This document shows, one piece after another, positions 14,131 through 26,240 of a stretch of 64,000 bases of DNA. The first letter of the stretch is position 1; each line of letters begins with the position of its first letter. Position numbers and translations under genes: made by a program. The stretch comes from Glaucostegus cemiculus. Lineage: Eukaryota. Where the stretch lies: the NCBI GenBank assembly GCA_976551045.1, contig CDPCPM010000076.1, forward strand, positions 15,066,001-15,130,000. Direction: 5' to 3'. Below the pieces are notes generated by a model. It made no database searches and was not told the origin of the DNA. It was given only the letters and a program-made list of their open reading frames with translations.

Positions 14131-14954
14131 CAAACCCAGCTGTGCCTTGAGTGATAAACAGTGATTGCTCCTGGGACAACCTAGTTCAAGTTCCTTGGCA
14201 GGCTCCAGAATGACATCATCTGGTATGTGAGTGACACAGAAATCACATCAGGGGTGCAATGACAAATGGCCAGACTGCTCAATCAAATTCCTGGAGTGAT
14301 ATGAAATGACTCAGTTATTGCATTTTAGTCTGGGGAAAATCGATTTTCAACTGCATAATAGTGAAAACAACAGCTTTGAGTCTAACAATGACTTTCAACC
14401 TACAAAAGGAACTAAGCCTCCAGTTTCAATGATAAGGCAATGAAATTAGGTGGAGGAAGCAACTCCTTTTGACTCATAGTAATACTGAAGGACTAAAGGA
14501 TCAGCACGGCAGCAAATGGCAACAGGTGGTCAGGGCAACTCAGTGACCCCACTCATGAAACTCAGTGTGGTCAAAAATGTAATGACATTTTCCAGGTTTG
14601 ACAATGTCAAGAAGCTGATGGGATCTCATAACCATGCACTGTATTAGCTCAGGCTAAAAAATAAAAAAAAATGCTGATTCAATAGAGTGCCTGCTTGAGC
14701 TTTGCAAAGCAGCAGATTTTAGAGCATGGACTATTTCACATTTAAAAGTTTAGTAACCCGAAGGAAATTCTGTGATCTTGAATGGTGGTGGTAGTAGGGA
14801 GATCATTTATCCATAACGTTCCTCTTCTATCCATTGGGAGGATAATATTTACTGAAGTATACTTGCATTTATACAGTTCTTGTTGTTTAGGGACAATTTC
14901 AAAAGATGTTATAACCAAAGCAGTACTTTTCCATATTTTCATATCTCCTTATAA

Positions 14955-15165
14955 CATAGGAAGTCATTTCAGTCCATCAAGCTTCTGTCAGCTTACAGAC
15001 CATTCTCCACTAATTTTCTATAATCTATCAACTCTCCTCAGATTCTATCACCTCCATGCTGGGGGCAATTTACAATGGTCAATTAACCTACCAATCTGCA
15101 CATCCTCTGACGGGGGTAGAAACTGGATGACCTGGGGGAAACCCACATAGTTACAGAAAGAACGT
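14955..15165 (-). mobile_element. HE1-like tRNA/V-SINE fragment
   Basis: gggggcaatttacaatggtcaattaacctacc...ggaaacccacatagttacag, shared with 36340-36520 and 38460-38780. Confidence 0.7.
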
Positions 15166-15301
15166 TGTCCGTTGCTTTCCTTTGCAACTGCAGGTGATAA
15201 AGCACTTGTCTTTTCCGTCTCTTCCCACAATTCCAGGGACCCAAATAGTTTTTCCAGATGAAGCAGTGATTCCAATCCAGTGTACTGCATTCGATGTTCA
15301 T

Positions 15302-16274
15302 AAGATATTTATTTATTAGTCAGAATCAGAATCAGTTTTATTGTCACAACCATATACATGCATAGTATGCATAGGAGCGAGATACCGTCCTCCTCAGGTG
15401 CTCGTCCCATAAAATAACATAACAACCAACAGAGACACACATACACACTTGACAGAATAAACATTAAAAAACATTAAACATTAAAAGCTACGGAAGTTAA
15501 AATTAAATTAGTACGCAGATTAAAATTAAAAATGGCCGGTAAATAAATAAATAGTTATTAAAGTGAACGGGCTGGTGTCGGGCATTTAAGGCGCTGGTGC
15601 ATTTCTGTGCACCTAGCATCTCTTAGTGTTAACAAAGGAAGATGGAGGGATGAGAGAGTTTGCAGCTCTGATGGCTTGCGGAAAGAAGCTATTGTTCAGC
15701 CTGGTCGTTCTTGCCCTGATACATTTAAGCCTCCTCCCTGATGGCAAAATTGTGAAGAGGTGGTGGGAGGGGTGAGAAGGGTCAGCCATTATGCTTTTGG
15801 TCTTCCTCACATAACGGTCTTTGTATATGTCTGTGAGGGATGGAAGCGAGACACCTATGATCCACTCTGCAGCCCTAACTATCTTCTGGAGGGACTTCCG
15901 CCCAGCAGCTGAGCAGCTTCCAAACCAAACAGTGATACATTGAGTTAGGATGCTCTCAATGGTCCCCCTATAGAAGGTTTTCATGACGGAGGGATGGACA
16001 TCAAAACACACAGTGAAATGCGTCTTTTTGCATTACTGAGAATGTGCTGGGGGGGCAGTCCGCAAGTGTCGCCACTCGTCTGGCGCCAATGTAGCATGCC
16101 CACAGCTCCTAACCCAAAAGTCTTTGGAATGTGGGAGGACACTAGAGCACCTGGAGGAAACCTGCACAGACACAGGAAGAACATACAGACTCCTTACAGG
16201 CATCAGTGGGAATTGAACCCAGGTCGCTGGCGCTGTAATAGCATTACACTAACCGCTATGCTACCGTGCCGCCC
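15302..16274 (-). mobile_element. tRNA-derived V-SINE split by the Rex1/Babar insertion (pieces 15302-15322 and 15998-16274)
   Basis: Reverse complement aligns along its length with the intact copy at 25146-25432. B-box gggttcaattccc and the V-domain-like core gggtttcctccgggtgctc are present. Confidence 0.9.
15323..15997 (-). mobile_element. 5'-truncated Rex1/Babar LINE
   Basis: ORF 15613-16011 FYRGTIESILTQCITVWFGSC...DPSHPSHHLFTILPSGRR...TTRLNNSFFPQAIR is the typical Rex1/Babar C-terminus. It is followed by a 3' UTR, tgtgacaataaa and a (CTGATT)n tail. Confidence 0.9.
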
Positions 16275-16817
16275 CTGCTACTGGTCTCCTTTACATTGGA
16301 GAAACCAAACACAGATTGGGTGACCACTTTATGGAACACCTGCATTCAGTCCTGAACTTCCTATTGCCTGCCACTAATTCCTCATCCTGGTCTCACTCTG
16401 ATGTATCAGTCTGAGGCCCCTTATACTGTCACAGTGAGGCCCAATGCAAGCTTAAGGAACAGAACCTCATTTTCTGGCTGGGCATGTTGCAGCCTTCTGG
16501 ACTCAATACTGATTCCTACAACTTCAGGTAACTAGATTTCTTGGCCTGTCATCCACCTGTAATATTGGCTCAGCTTAGTTTTTTTCTCTCAGAGAGTGGA
16601 GGACATCCCCAGCCTGACATGCTGCGCATTTCCTCTTGCTCTGTATTTCACAAGTACCACATTCTTTTGTCTCTGTTCTCACCCTCTGACTGCTCCCATT
16701 CACTCATTGGCCAGATAACCTTGCTGATCTCTATGATCACCCAGGTTTTACCTTATCAGAGATATCTCCCTGCCCCACCCTCCCTGTAGCTTTACATACT
16801 GCTTTTGTCTCCTTTTC

Positions 16818-16854
16818 AGTTCTGATGAAGGATCTCCAACCTGAAACATTAACT
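16818..16854 (+). ncRNA. Minimal type-I hammerhead ribozyme motif (probably decayed) in the Penelope terminal repeat
   Basis: AGTT-CTGATGA-AGG(atctccaa)CCT-GAAA-CATT-AACT: core boxes CUGAUGA and GAAA, a 3-bp stem II and a 4-bp stem I (AGUU/AACU). Stem III reads ACAU instead of palindromic ACGU. Confidence 0.6.
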
Positions 16855-19261
16855 CCGTTAAAGGGGAGCAACCTTGTTCATCTTTGATATAATGCTAGTG
16901 GATATTTTACATTCATTTGGGAGGGCATATAGGGCCTAGTTTTAATGCTTCATCTGAAAGAAGTCATTGCATTTCTACCTTCTTTTACACTTGACCTGTT
17001 TGACACTGTGTGTCTGGAAATGGGCAAGTGCTTTATTGCTCTGTTCTTTGTCTTGATAATTAAGAATCCATTGGACCTGCCTGTTATAAAAGATGTATCG
17101 TGGTTTCCACTTGTTGTGTCATGTCGCAGTTTGAGTTACACCCAGGGCTTCGAATGTGAACTTGGGAGGCATAATAAGCAGAGAATGAGCTCATCACTGA
17201 TACTGGTGATAGGGCAGAAATGGATCTGGTTAGGAAAAATGTTTATGTCTTAAAGTATTTGCAGGATGATAATGGAATGTTTGTTCCCAGACAAGGGAGG
17301 TTGAAACCTGCTATATTTACGCCTAGACATTCATGAGAAATATGCATGCCGGTGTTTTTTTTATGGTGGTTGTGGCAGTTCCTCTTTTGATTTTCTACAT
17401 TACTGTGAAAAGTCTAGATTAATTGCAGCATTAGTAAACAGCTGTTGCTTTGATGGTGCACCTAATGTTCCTGGTTCTATCACCACCACATTCTGTTTCA
17501 CTATCATTTTACTGTTTCTTGTTTGAGAGATATTAAGTTATTATGGAGAGAGTTTTTGACACAATAGATTTCGTTCATTTGTGAACCCTTTCAGCGATCG
17601 CTCTGTAATTCACAAACATCATGCTGATTGTCCTATTGTATTTTGGGAATGCAGTCTATCAAATTATATAAATGTCACCACTGGAACTTGCGTACCTCGG
17701 AAACAGGAACATGTTTGCATAAAGGGCATAAATCTATCACAAATTGGGTTAAGCCTATTCATAATATTCTCATGCGGAGTCATTGCAACTAGAGGGAAAG
17801 GGATCATCATGACTGGATTTCAATCCAAAGCAGAAATGTGTTGCCATTGTCAAATTCAACTGCTATAGCTGACTACCCCTTCCTCCCCCCCACCCCTTCC
17901 CTTCCCACTATTTTAATGTTAAATTTGAGGCTTGGCTGAGTGAGTGAGGGTGATGTGAAATGTGGTCAGTTCAAGATCTTCTGGGGTTGGGACTAAAGCA
18001 CATAAATGGGCTCCTAAAATGTGTATCATTGGTGGAAGTCCAGCTAAGCCAAGGGGTCAGGAAGACCTCTCCAATTTCTTCCATTTACTTTTTTTATTCC
18101 TTTTCACTGCAAGAAATTGCAGAAGACTTTAGCCTCAGTTCCATTCCTACAGGCATTCATCATTTTGGAATTAAAGTTTTGTTTCCAATGTGTATCCAAA
18201 AGCTTCCTTCCCTTAAACTTCATATTATTGCAGTAAACTTTCTGAAAAACACATGATTTAAGTATGTTTTTATGACATTGTGTCCCATAGCTTACTAAAC
18301 GTTTGTTTTCTTAGAAATTTTAAATACTAAGTAAGCTCAGTGACTAAGATTGGGCAGGGACCAAGTTTTGCTCTCTTTAATCCCAGTGGGTGCCCTGAAG
18401 TTGCAGCAAGCTGTGAGACAAAACCATTTCTAGGCTATCTATTGCTCCCTGCCTGTCTACCCTGTTCATTGAAAGGTGACTATTTAACCTCTGTTCTCCT
18501 TTGTATATACTTGAAAACTGGTTCCTTCATCATCTTGGAAAAGTCATTCATTTCTAATTAACTTTGCTGCTATAATGCAGTTCTCCATGGGAGAAGAACT
18601 ATTTCTTGCCTTCTATAAAAGACACAGCTCAACTGTAAAGGTGCATACAAAGCCAAGTAAAATCTTTCATTTATATAGTGTTTTACTTGATGCCTCAAGC
18701 ATCTCAAAGTACTTGAAGATAAGTGACCAACTTTATAGTACATTGTTTACCTCCTGGTTAGTAAAGGTGAAACTAACCTCACCAAGTGTACTAATACTGC
18801 TTTTCTGCATGATAGCCAATTTATCAGTCTTGGAGTTGCAGTGTGGGAGAGAGAAAAAAAACTTTTGCTGTATTTTCAGAACAGGCATCCATCCACGGAC
18901 CTGGTATCATTCTCAACATGTTTTTCTAATGCAGTTGGAGCTTGCATAGTTTTGAATCTTAGAACTACACATTAAAGTGTTGAAGTTGCTGAGGAGATTC
19001 TATTCGTTTCATACTGTGCCCATTGTTTGATGTGAAATGGGTATGCTGTATATGCATTTTGTATGTATGTGAATGCACTTGCTTGCACCAGGAATGTGTT
19101 GTTGCTTCTAGGTCTTTGTTGTTCTGGAGAATCCCCTGGCTAGTCCCAAAAGCACATTTGGATCATTTTTAGTGGAAAAGAAAGGCACAGTCCCTGCTTT
19201 AGGACCAAACTCCACAGTGCCTGCACTAACACCAGGGCAGCACAAGGTTCTCAAGGTTCAT

Positions 19262-19640
19262 GTGTTAGCTATGGCTCAATAGTAGCATTTTTACCTCTGA
19301 ATTAGAAGGTTACTAGTTTGTGTCGTGACACAGCATAAAGTTCTGGCTAATGATGCTGTGTTGTGCTGTTGGACGGAGTGTCTTTTGGATAAGATGTTAA
19401 GCTGAGGTCTCATGGAAATGATAAAGGTCATGTGGTGCTATTTTGAAGAACAGGTGACTTATTCAGGTTATCTATACCTGAACTAATGCTGTTGAAAATG
19501 ATCTATTATCACATTCCTGTTTGTTCCATGTCAAAAGGTGCCACCTTTGCTTACATTATAAAAAAAATAAGTGCCCTTAAAGAAAATACAGAGCACCTCA
19601 GGACATCATGAAAGGCACCATATGAATGCAGTCTTTTATA
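19262..19640 (+). mobile_element. DeuSINE (SacSINE1-like), near full length, old
   Basis: tRNA-like head (gctatggctcaatagtagca), Deu-like core (gataagatgttaagctgagg...gctattttgaagaacagg) and tail aaaggcaccatatgaatgcagtctt. Confidence 0.7.
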
Positions 19641-20292
19641 AGTTCTTCATTGGTTTAAACAGTGACCCTTAAAAAGATACCTCGGGATTACCCAAGAAAT
19701 GGTAGGAAGGGTTTTTCACTTTATTTTGTTTGCTGTTGAGTTGGGAGGAGCGGGAATAGTCTACCAGTTTGCCAGTGCTTTATCCACTGCACATCCTTCC
19801 GCCCACCACCCTCACCTCCACGCTCAGCTCCAAACAGGGCTCACCTGAGGGAAGCTGCCTGGAAAGACAGTAGACCGAAATCTCATCCTTGAGTGAACTC
19901 CCTCTGAACCAGCAACAGATGCCAGCAGCTTGCCAAATGGTTAGAGTGAGGCTTGAGAGCCAGTTTCAAGTGATGCTTTGGAATCTTGTGTCTGGAAGTG
20001 GACACAAGAGAATTACTGTCCCTTAAGTTCTGGTTGTCTAAAATAGAAGTTGAATTTCTTTTGGCTTGCGTATAGGTGTGTTATGTTGATATCACTTTGC
20101 AAGATTTCCAATGGACCAGCAGTAAAGCAAATTCCAAAAGTTGAGCTGTGATCCAAACCCTGGTTTGCCTCCGTAAAAATTCTGGCAATAGCTGTTTATC
20201 TTGCTTTACAAATGGAAAATGTCTACTTTCTAGCAATGGATTTGACTCCTGGTTCATTTTATTGATTTTTTTTGACATTTAGGAAAATCAGA

Positions 20293-20700
20293 CAAACCTC
20301 ATTTGCATACCACCTTTCAAAATCCAAAGTGCTTTGCAGCCATTTGAACACTTTTGAAATGCAGTCACAGATATAGCCAAGGAAACCAGGCAATGTACTG
20401 GCTGACAGAAAGCTCCCATAGATACTAATGAGATAAGTGAGTGGTCAATCTATTTTAGTGTTGGTCATTGTGGGATAAATACGGGCTGGGGGACATGCAG
20501 ATTTTATCTGCCCTTTTTTGTACAGCAATGTGGATTTCTTGCATTCATCAGACAGGACAGCAATTAAATGTCTCATGTAAAATGCAACACCTTCAACAGA
20601 GCAAATCTCCTTCAGTGTTGGGCTAAGTTAGTGTGCTCTAGTCTCGCCCGAGGGATTTAAATCCAGAACTCTGTAGTAACTTAAGCACCACTGAGTCATG
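20293..20700 (-). mobile_element. DeuSINE (SacSINE1-like), near full length, old
   Basis: Reverse complement is colinear with 19262-19640. Confidence 0.65.
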
Positions 20701-23700
20701 GATGATACAGTAGCCAACTCAGGGGACTGTTACATTCATACAAATGGCACCCGACTTTCAGAATTCTGTTGTTCTTACGATAAAATGCTTGTGATCTCTG
20801 ACAACTCATGGCTGATTGCTTTGCTACGAGTAGTAGATTAGTGTTCACTGGTCTTTGGTGGAAATCATTTGATACCCCCAATGAAATTTAGGTAAAACTG
20901 TAAATTGAAAGACATAATTTAAATTTGGACTGATTTGGGCTCTTAAGTAAAATAATCAAATTGATCTTTTTAATATTGTTACATTTGAAAGATTTAAAAT
21001 CCAGAAAACTAGCCTTTGTGTTCGAACAGAATTCCATCTGATTTCCGGGAATTAAGCAATGTGAAGAATGCTACAGAGACAGTGTGTTAGATGGGCATGT
21101 TGGGCTGCAGTGACCACACAGTGAGCTCTTGGATTCAGTCACATCATAGCCATTAACTGTGATGTTGTTTAATGGGACTGGAGGTTTTGAAGTGGCTAGG
21201 CTGGGAGAGGGTATTTTGTCACATTGTAACAGCAGATTCTATACTGTGTATGATTTGAGCATAAGGGTTTTAATATAGAGCGCTGATCAGTGACAACTAA
21301 AGGAGTAGGCTGCTGGACTAGGGATTTATTTTAATCAATTTTCAAATGTTAAAGATTATATAACAAAGATTAGATCTTGCAGGAAAATAATTTCCTCCTG
21401 GTGGACAATTATTAAAGCATTTAAGAAAGGTGGGGGAAGGGTTGACAGTGCTATGCATGGGTAAGCCTTTGGATCTTACAGAAATGTTAAATCTACCAGA
21501 ATTCAAAATCATTTCATGCTATTATTTCTACATGTATAAAGTATTCCCTACATGGCTGAATCTGCTTTTAATACTCTGGGTTCTTGGCTCCTGTCTCCCA
21601 TGGTGCAGCTGTCTCAAAAGATTTCTAAAGGTTGCCCTTTAATATTATTTCCCAGGCTGAGTCGAGGGCTAATCCTCCTGACTACAATCCTCAACACAAA
21701 CTGCTTTGGCTTAATTTGGCTGCCGTCTGTGATCTGATGAGAGCAGACCCTCAATGGTCAGCGGGCAGCACAATAGATTGAAATGCCCTTTCCGTCTCCT
21801 GCAACTGTCAGATCCAATTCATTGTACTGCTAACAACTGACACAGAAACTATTTCTACAGTAGCTTGTCATTTTGAGCAAGCTTTTCTCTCTCTTGCTCC
21901 TCCCCTCCTCCATACCAGGCCTTTCAAACTGCCTTAATATTTCATTGGCAGAATCTTCTGTCCCTGGTTTTATACTCCTCTCTGCACTGCTTGACTCATT
22001 CATTTGTGCATCTTTTGGAGTTGTGTCAAATTAAGATTTTTAATTTTAGAAACCCTAAACAATATGATCTCACCATTTGGACAATGTGGGTACCTATTTA
22101 ATGACAATATAGGCAGCAAGCCCAAATACAGTAAAAAGCAGAAATTGCACTGAAGTGAAGTACTCTGAAATGCTCTACATCATTCACCTCCCTGTTCCTT
22201 CTGTCCTGCTGATCAGTTTTTACGCTTTTTTAAGTGATAGTATGAATTCAGTGAAGTTTAAGCTAGTGTTTATGTTGCATTGAAACATGGCGCAGAACAC
22301 CCAGACATGTGCTGGAAGTGCTTTCACATGCAAGACTAGGAAGCAGACCATAGCATTGATTTGAAGCAAAATGGAGAACTGATAACAATTGTGAAGAAAG
22401 ATTTTGATCTGTCCTAATCTGTTGCTGACAATTATGGCAGAGCAAAGAAGCATGTGTGCTTCTTTTGTATTAGACCCAAATATCCAGAAAACTAAGATGG
22501 CTGGTATGTCAAAATATGTCATAAAACTCATGACAAAACTGAAACTTGAAATGCCAGCTGCTTGAAATATACCCTGGAGGCTGCACATGATAAGTTGCTC
22601 TTTTGCTCTAATATCAATGTATGCCACACTTGGTTTTGGAGATTCAAGTAGCTGAAATGTTTGCACACCCTACTCAGGGAACCATCATTTCTAGGAATAT
22701 TGGCTTGCATCTAAGTTGAGCGCAGGAGTGTGTGGCAATGGATCAACAAGATTTTTTTTAACGGTGAACTGTTTCTTATGAGAAGTTACTGCTGACCAAC
22801 TTGTAAAACCTCAGGCTCCTCCTGTTGGGTTGTCAAATAAATAATCTACTGACTCTTTGAAAGGGAGCAGTTAGGGTCTCTTGCAAGTAAAGTGAATGGG
22901 TAACATGACTACCTAACTCAGCACCAACCATCCTCTGCCTCTTGTGATAGATAATATTTTGTTAACTGAACTGGGCAGTTTCTCCAAACTCTGGCCCAGA
23001 GTTGAAGGCTGGTCACTGTGAATGATTCATTGAAACTGCAAGTACAAATCTGACACCTGGAGTTCACTTTCCAATTTACTGCAGGTAATCCTGAAAATCA
23101 CGCTCTAGCTAGCAAGCTAGTCACCTCTGAACAAGTTGTGGGAAGCTTGCCAATCTTTCTGTTACTTGCCAACTGCATATTTTTAGTCGATTAAACTTCA
23201 GCAGCCGTGTGCTTTAGTTTGAGCACTTTTAACCTGGCTCTTTCAAACTTGTACTCTTGTCTCAATTTGGTTGCATCAGGTGTATCTCTATGGAATAAAG
23301 TAGTTCACCCCCTGTGAGTCAAGCAAAACTATGGATTCTCAGGGGTGCTGAACGACTTCCATTTGTGTAGAATATTTAAGATAGGAAAATGTCATACATG
23401 CTTCAGCAGAGCAGAGTGGATAAAAATTGGCAGCAATATTTCACAGCCTGACTAGAAGTTTGGTCATAGTTTTAAGGAGCAATTGATAGAAGGTGAGCAA
23501 ACTGAGAGCTGGAAAGATTTAGGGAAGGAATCTTCGAGGAGTGGTAGGATAGTTTGATCGTGGCAGTAGTTTGATGCCTCACAGGGTATGGAATTTGGGC
23601 TGTGGTGATATCCTCAGGACTGGGCTTCTATTTTAATCAGAGGGGAAGCCATTTACGAAAAGAAAGAAGCATTCCAGTAGGAGAATTGAGATCTCCTACA

Positions 23701-25145
23701 CCATTGCCTTTCACCATCCCCTGCTCCCTCCACCCACAACACCAATTGCATGGTCACACAGCCCTACTCTTTATCCATTTTATTTCTTTGAAATCTTTGG
23801 GATATATTCCAGAGCACATAATCATTATCTGGGATAACATTACACAGTCCCTCTGCATCTCAGTTCACTAAGTTACTCATTTTAAGCAAATGGTCCTTGG
23901 CTAGGAACCTGGCAACAGCTGTATTTGTCTATTATATTAAACTGTATATATTACATATTTTTAATTTTGAATGATATTTGAGACACATTGCAAACATCTG
24001 TCAGCACTCAGTTTCCACACTGCTTAACACTGAACACATCAAATAGTTTCCTTTGTAGTGAGTTCATTATGTTCTTTCTGTTTAGGCAAGCAGGTCAAGA
24101 AAGGCCTTGTTTCCAATAAATGTTAATGTCCACTCAGTCCCCTTATTTACAATAAATACTGGTAAAGGAATTGCTGAGTTGTGGCTCAAAGACTTCAGAC
24201 AATTTGGTAATGTATTTTATAGATGTGTGTTGCCAAAACTAAACAAAACCTCTTGTGCCCAGACAAACCCTTATATACATGGCACCTGCATCATTCGTTC
24301 TTCAGTTCAAATGGTTTTTTTTGACAATGTCTAGATTTATCTTTTTTCCTCAAATCTGAGATTGACAATGGGATTGTTGTAGGTTGGATTAGATGCTGCA
24401 TTAGGATCTGTTGAAATGTGAATGTTTCCATTCAAGCATTGAGCCCCTTCTTCATCATTACCTTGCAGAAATTGCTATGCACTCAGCCCTTTGACTCCGT
24501 ACTAAATCTGAATGAATCAAGGGTCAAGATTTGGCCGTATTTGGGGTGAATCTGAGTGCTAAACATGGAGGAATATGGATTAGGCAGGTTGAAGTCAACC
24601 TGAGGAAAGCTGCGTTCATGGTGAGCCTGCAGAGGCCAATGTGATCATGCATATTCAGAAAACAGAGCTTTAACCTTCATATCTGAAAACCTGGGAGGGA
24701 ATTGGTTTATGGATCACTTGGGTATAGCCTTCCTGTTGCATCAGTAGGAGATTAGGTCCCAGGTTAATATCTTTTTTCTGTGAAGTGTCCATTTAAAGGT
24801 TCTTTCTGTATTCTGCAGCTGCTAAAGATTTTGAACAGCTTGCTCTGTGAAGGATAAAAGATTGAAGGATTTGGTTGGGTAAACAATTAAGATCTTTGCA
24901 TTTTGTTCTTACTGTGATGCTGGCTGTATGTTTCACTGTTGAGCACATCACTGAGTAACGTTACAGTTGCAGTCTATTGAGGTGGTTCTACCGATACCAG
25001 AAAATCAATTCAGTAAGTTGGTATTACTGATAATTTTTTCTTATTAATTTCTTAAAGTTTTATTTCTGTTGTCTGTCATAATTTACTCAGATTGTTAGAC
25101 TTCATGTGAGAATGATGGAAGATGTTGGTTAAATATATTAATTTG

Positions 25146-25432
25146 CCAGGTAGTGTAGCAGATTGCGTAATGTTATTACAGCATTAGCAACCCGGGTTCA
25201 ATTCCGGCTGCTGCCTGTAAGGAGTTTGTACGTTCTCCCTGTGTCTGCGTGGGTTTCCTCCGGGTGCTCTGGTTTCTTCCCACATTCCAAAGACATACGG
25301 GTTAGGAAGTTGTGGGCATGCCATGTTGGTGCCGGAAACGTGGCAACACTTGTGGGCTGCCCCCAGAACACTCTGTGCAAAAGATGCATTTCACTGTGTG
25401 TTCAATGTACATGTGACTAATAAAGATATCTT
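25146..25432 (+). mobile_element. tRNA-derived V-SINE, intact copy
   Basis: A-box-like ggtagtgtagcag, B-box gggttcaattccgg (~25194), core tgcgtgggtttcctccgggtgctctggtttcttcccaca and tail tgtacatgtgactaataaagatatctt. Confidence 0.9.
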
Positions 25433-25462
25433 CTCTTTAGGGATAGGGATGTTGTTAACTTT

Positions 25463-26240
25463 TTTTTGTTCATCGCTAACTACCTTTTGAGAAGGTGGTG
25501 ATGAGCCACCTTCTTGAAATGCTGCAGTCCTTTTGCTGGAGGTGCTCCTGCAGTGCTGTTAGGTGGGGAGTTCTAGGGTTTAGACCAAGTGACAATGAAG
25601 GACCAGTAATATATTTCCAAATGTGGATAATGTGTGATTTGTAGGGGTACCTGCAGGTAGTGGTATTCCCATGTGGCTGTTGCCCTTGTTCTTTTGATAA
25701 TGTAGGTCACATGCTTTGAAATTGCTGTTGGAGTAGCCTGGGTGGATAGCTGCAGTGCATTTTGTGGATAGTACACACTGCATCCACTGTCCCTTAGTGG
25801 TGGATGGAATGAAAATATCAGGTGGTTTATGGAGTGCCAGTCAAGTAGGTTGCTTTGTTCCGGGTGGTATAGACACACTCAGATTCTCACCTGCTCTGGT
25901 AACCAATGATGGTCCTGTTGAGTTTCTGGTTAATGCTGACCCCCAGGATAGTGGAGGATTTGGCAAAGATAATGTCATTGAAAGTGAAGATTATTGGTTA
26001 GACCCTCACTTGTTGGAGATAGTCACGGTCTGGCACTTTGTTGGCATGAGCTTGTGTTTGAATATTGTCTAGGTGTTGCTGTATACAGACATGGAGCCTT
26101 TGATATGCCGAGGAGTCATGAATCACATTGTACATTGTGCAATTATTGGCAGACTTCTACTTTTGACCTTATGATGGAAGAAAGGTCATTGACGAGGCAG
26201 CTGAGGATGGTTGGGCCTAGGAGTCTAGCAACACCTCTTG
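25463..26240 (-). mobile_element. Degenerate CR1/L2-group LINE, 3' part
   Basis: Reverse complement is colinear with 5640-6600 (ttgagaaggtggtgatgagccaccttcttgaa...gctgaggatggttgggcctagg). Confidence 0.75.

Larger units (their letters stand above)
15170..16860 (+). mobile_element. Penelope-like element 3' part (GIY-YIG), interrupted by a SINE and a LINE
   Basis: VYCIRCS (~15281-15301) continues after the insert as TGLLYIGETKHRLGDHFMEHLHSV (~16280-16351), then KLKEQNLIFWLGMLQPSGLNTDSYNFR* (to ~16531) and a terminal repeat ending ~16860. Confidence 0.85.

Noticed and set aside
25146-25215. tRNA gene (A/B boxes)
   Set aside because: It is the tRNA-derived head of a SINE; no complete cloverleaf, and it runs directly into the SINE core.
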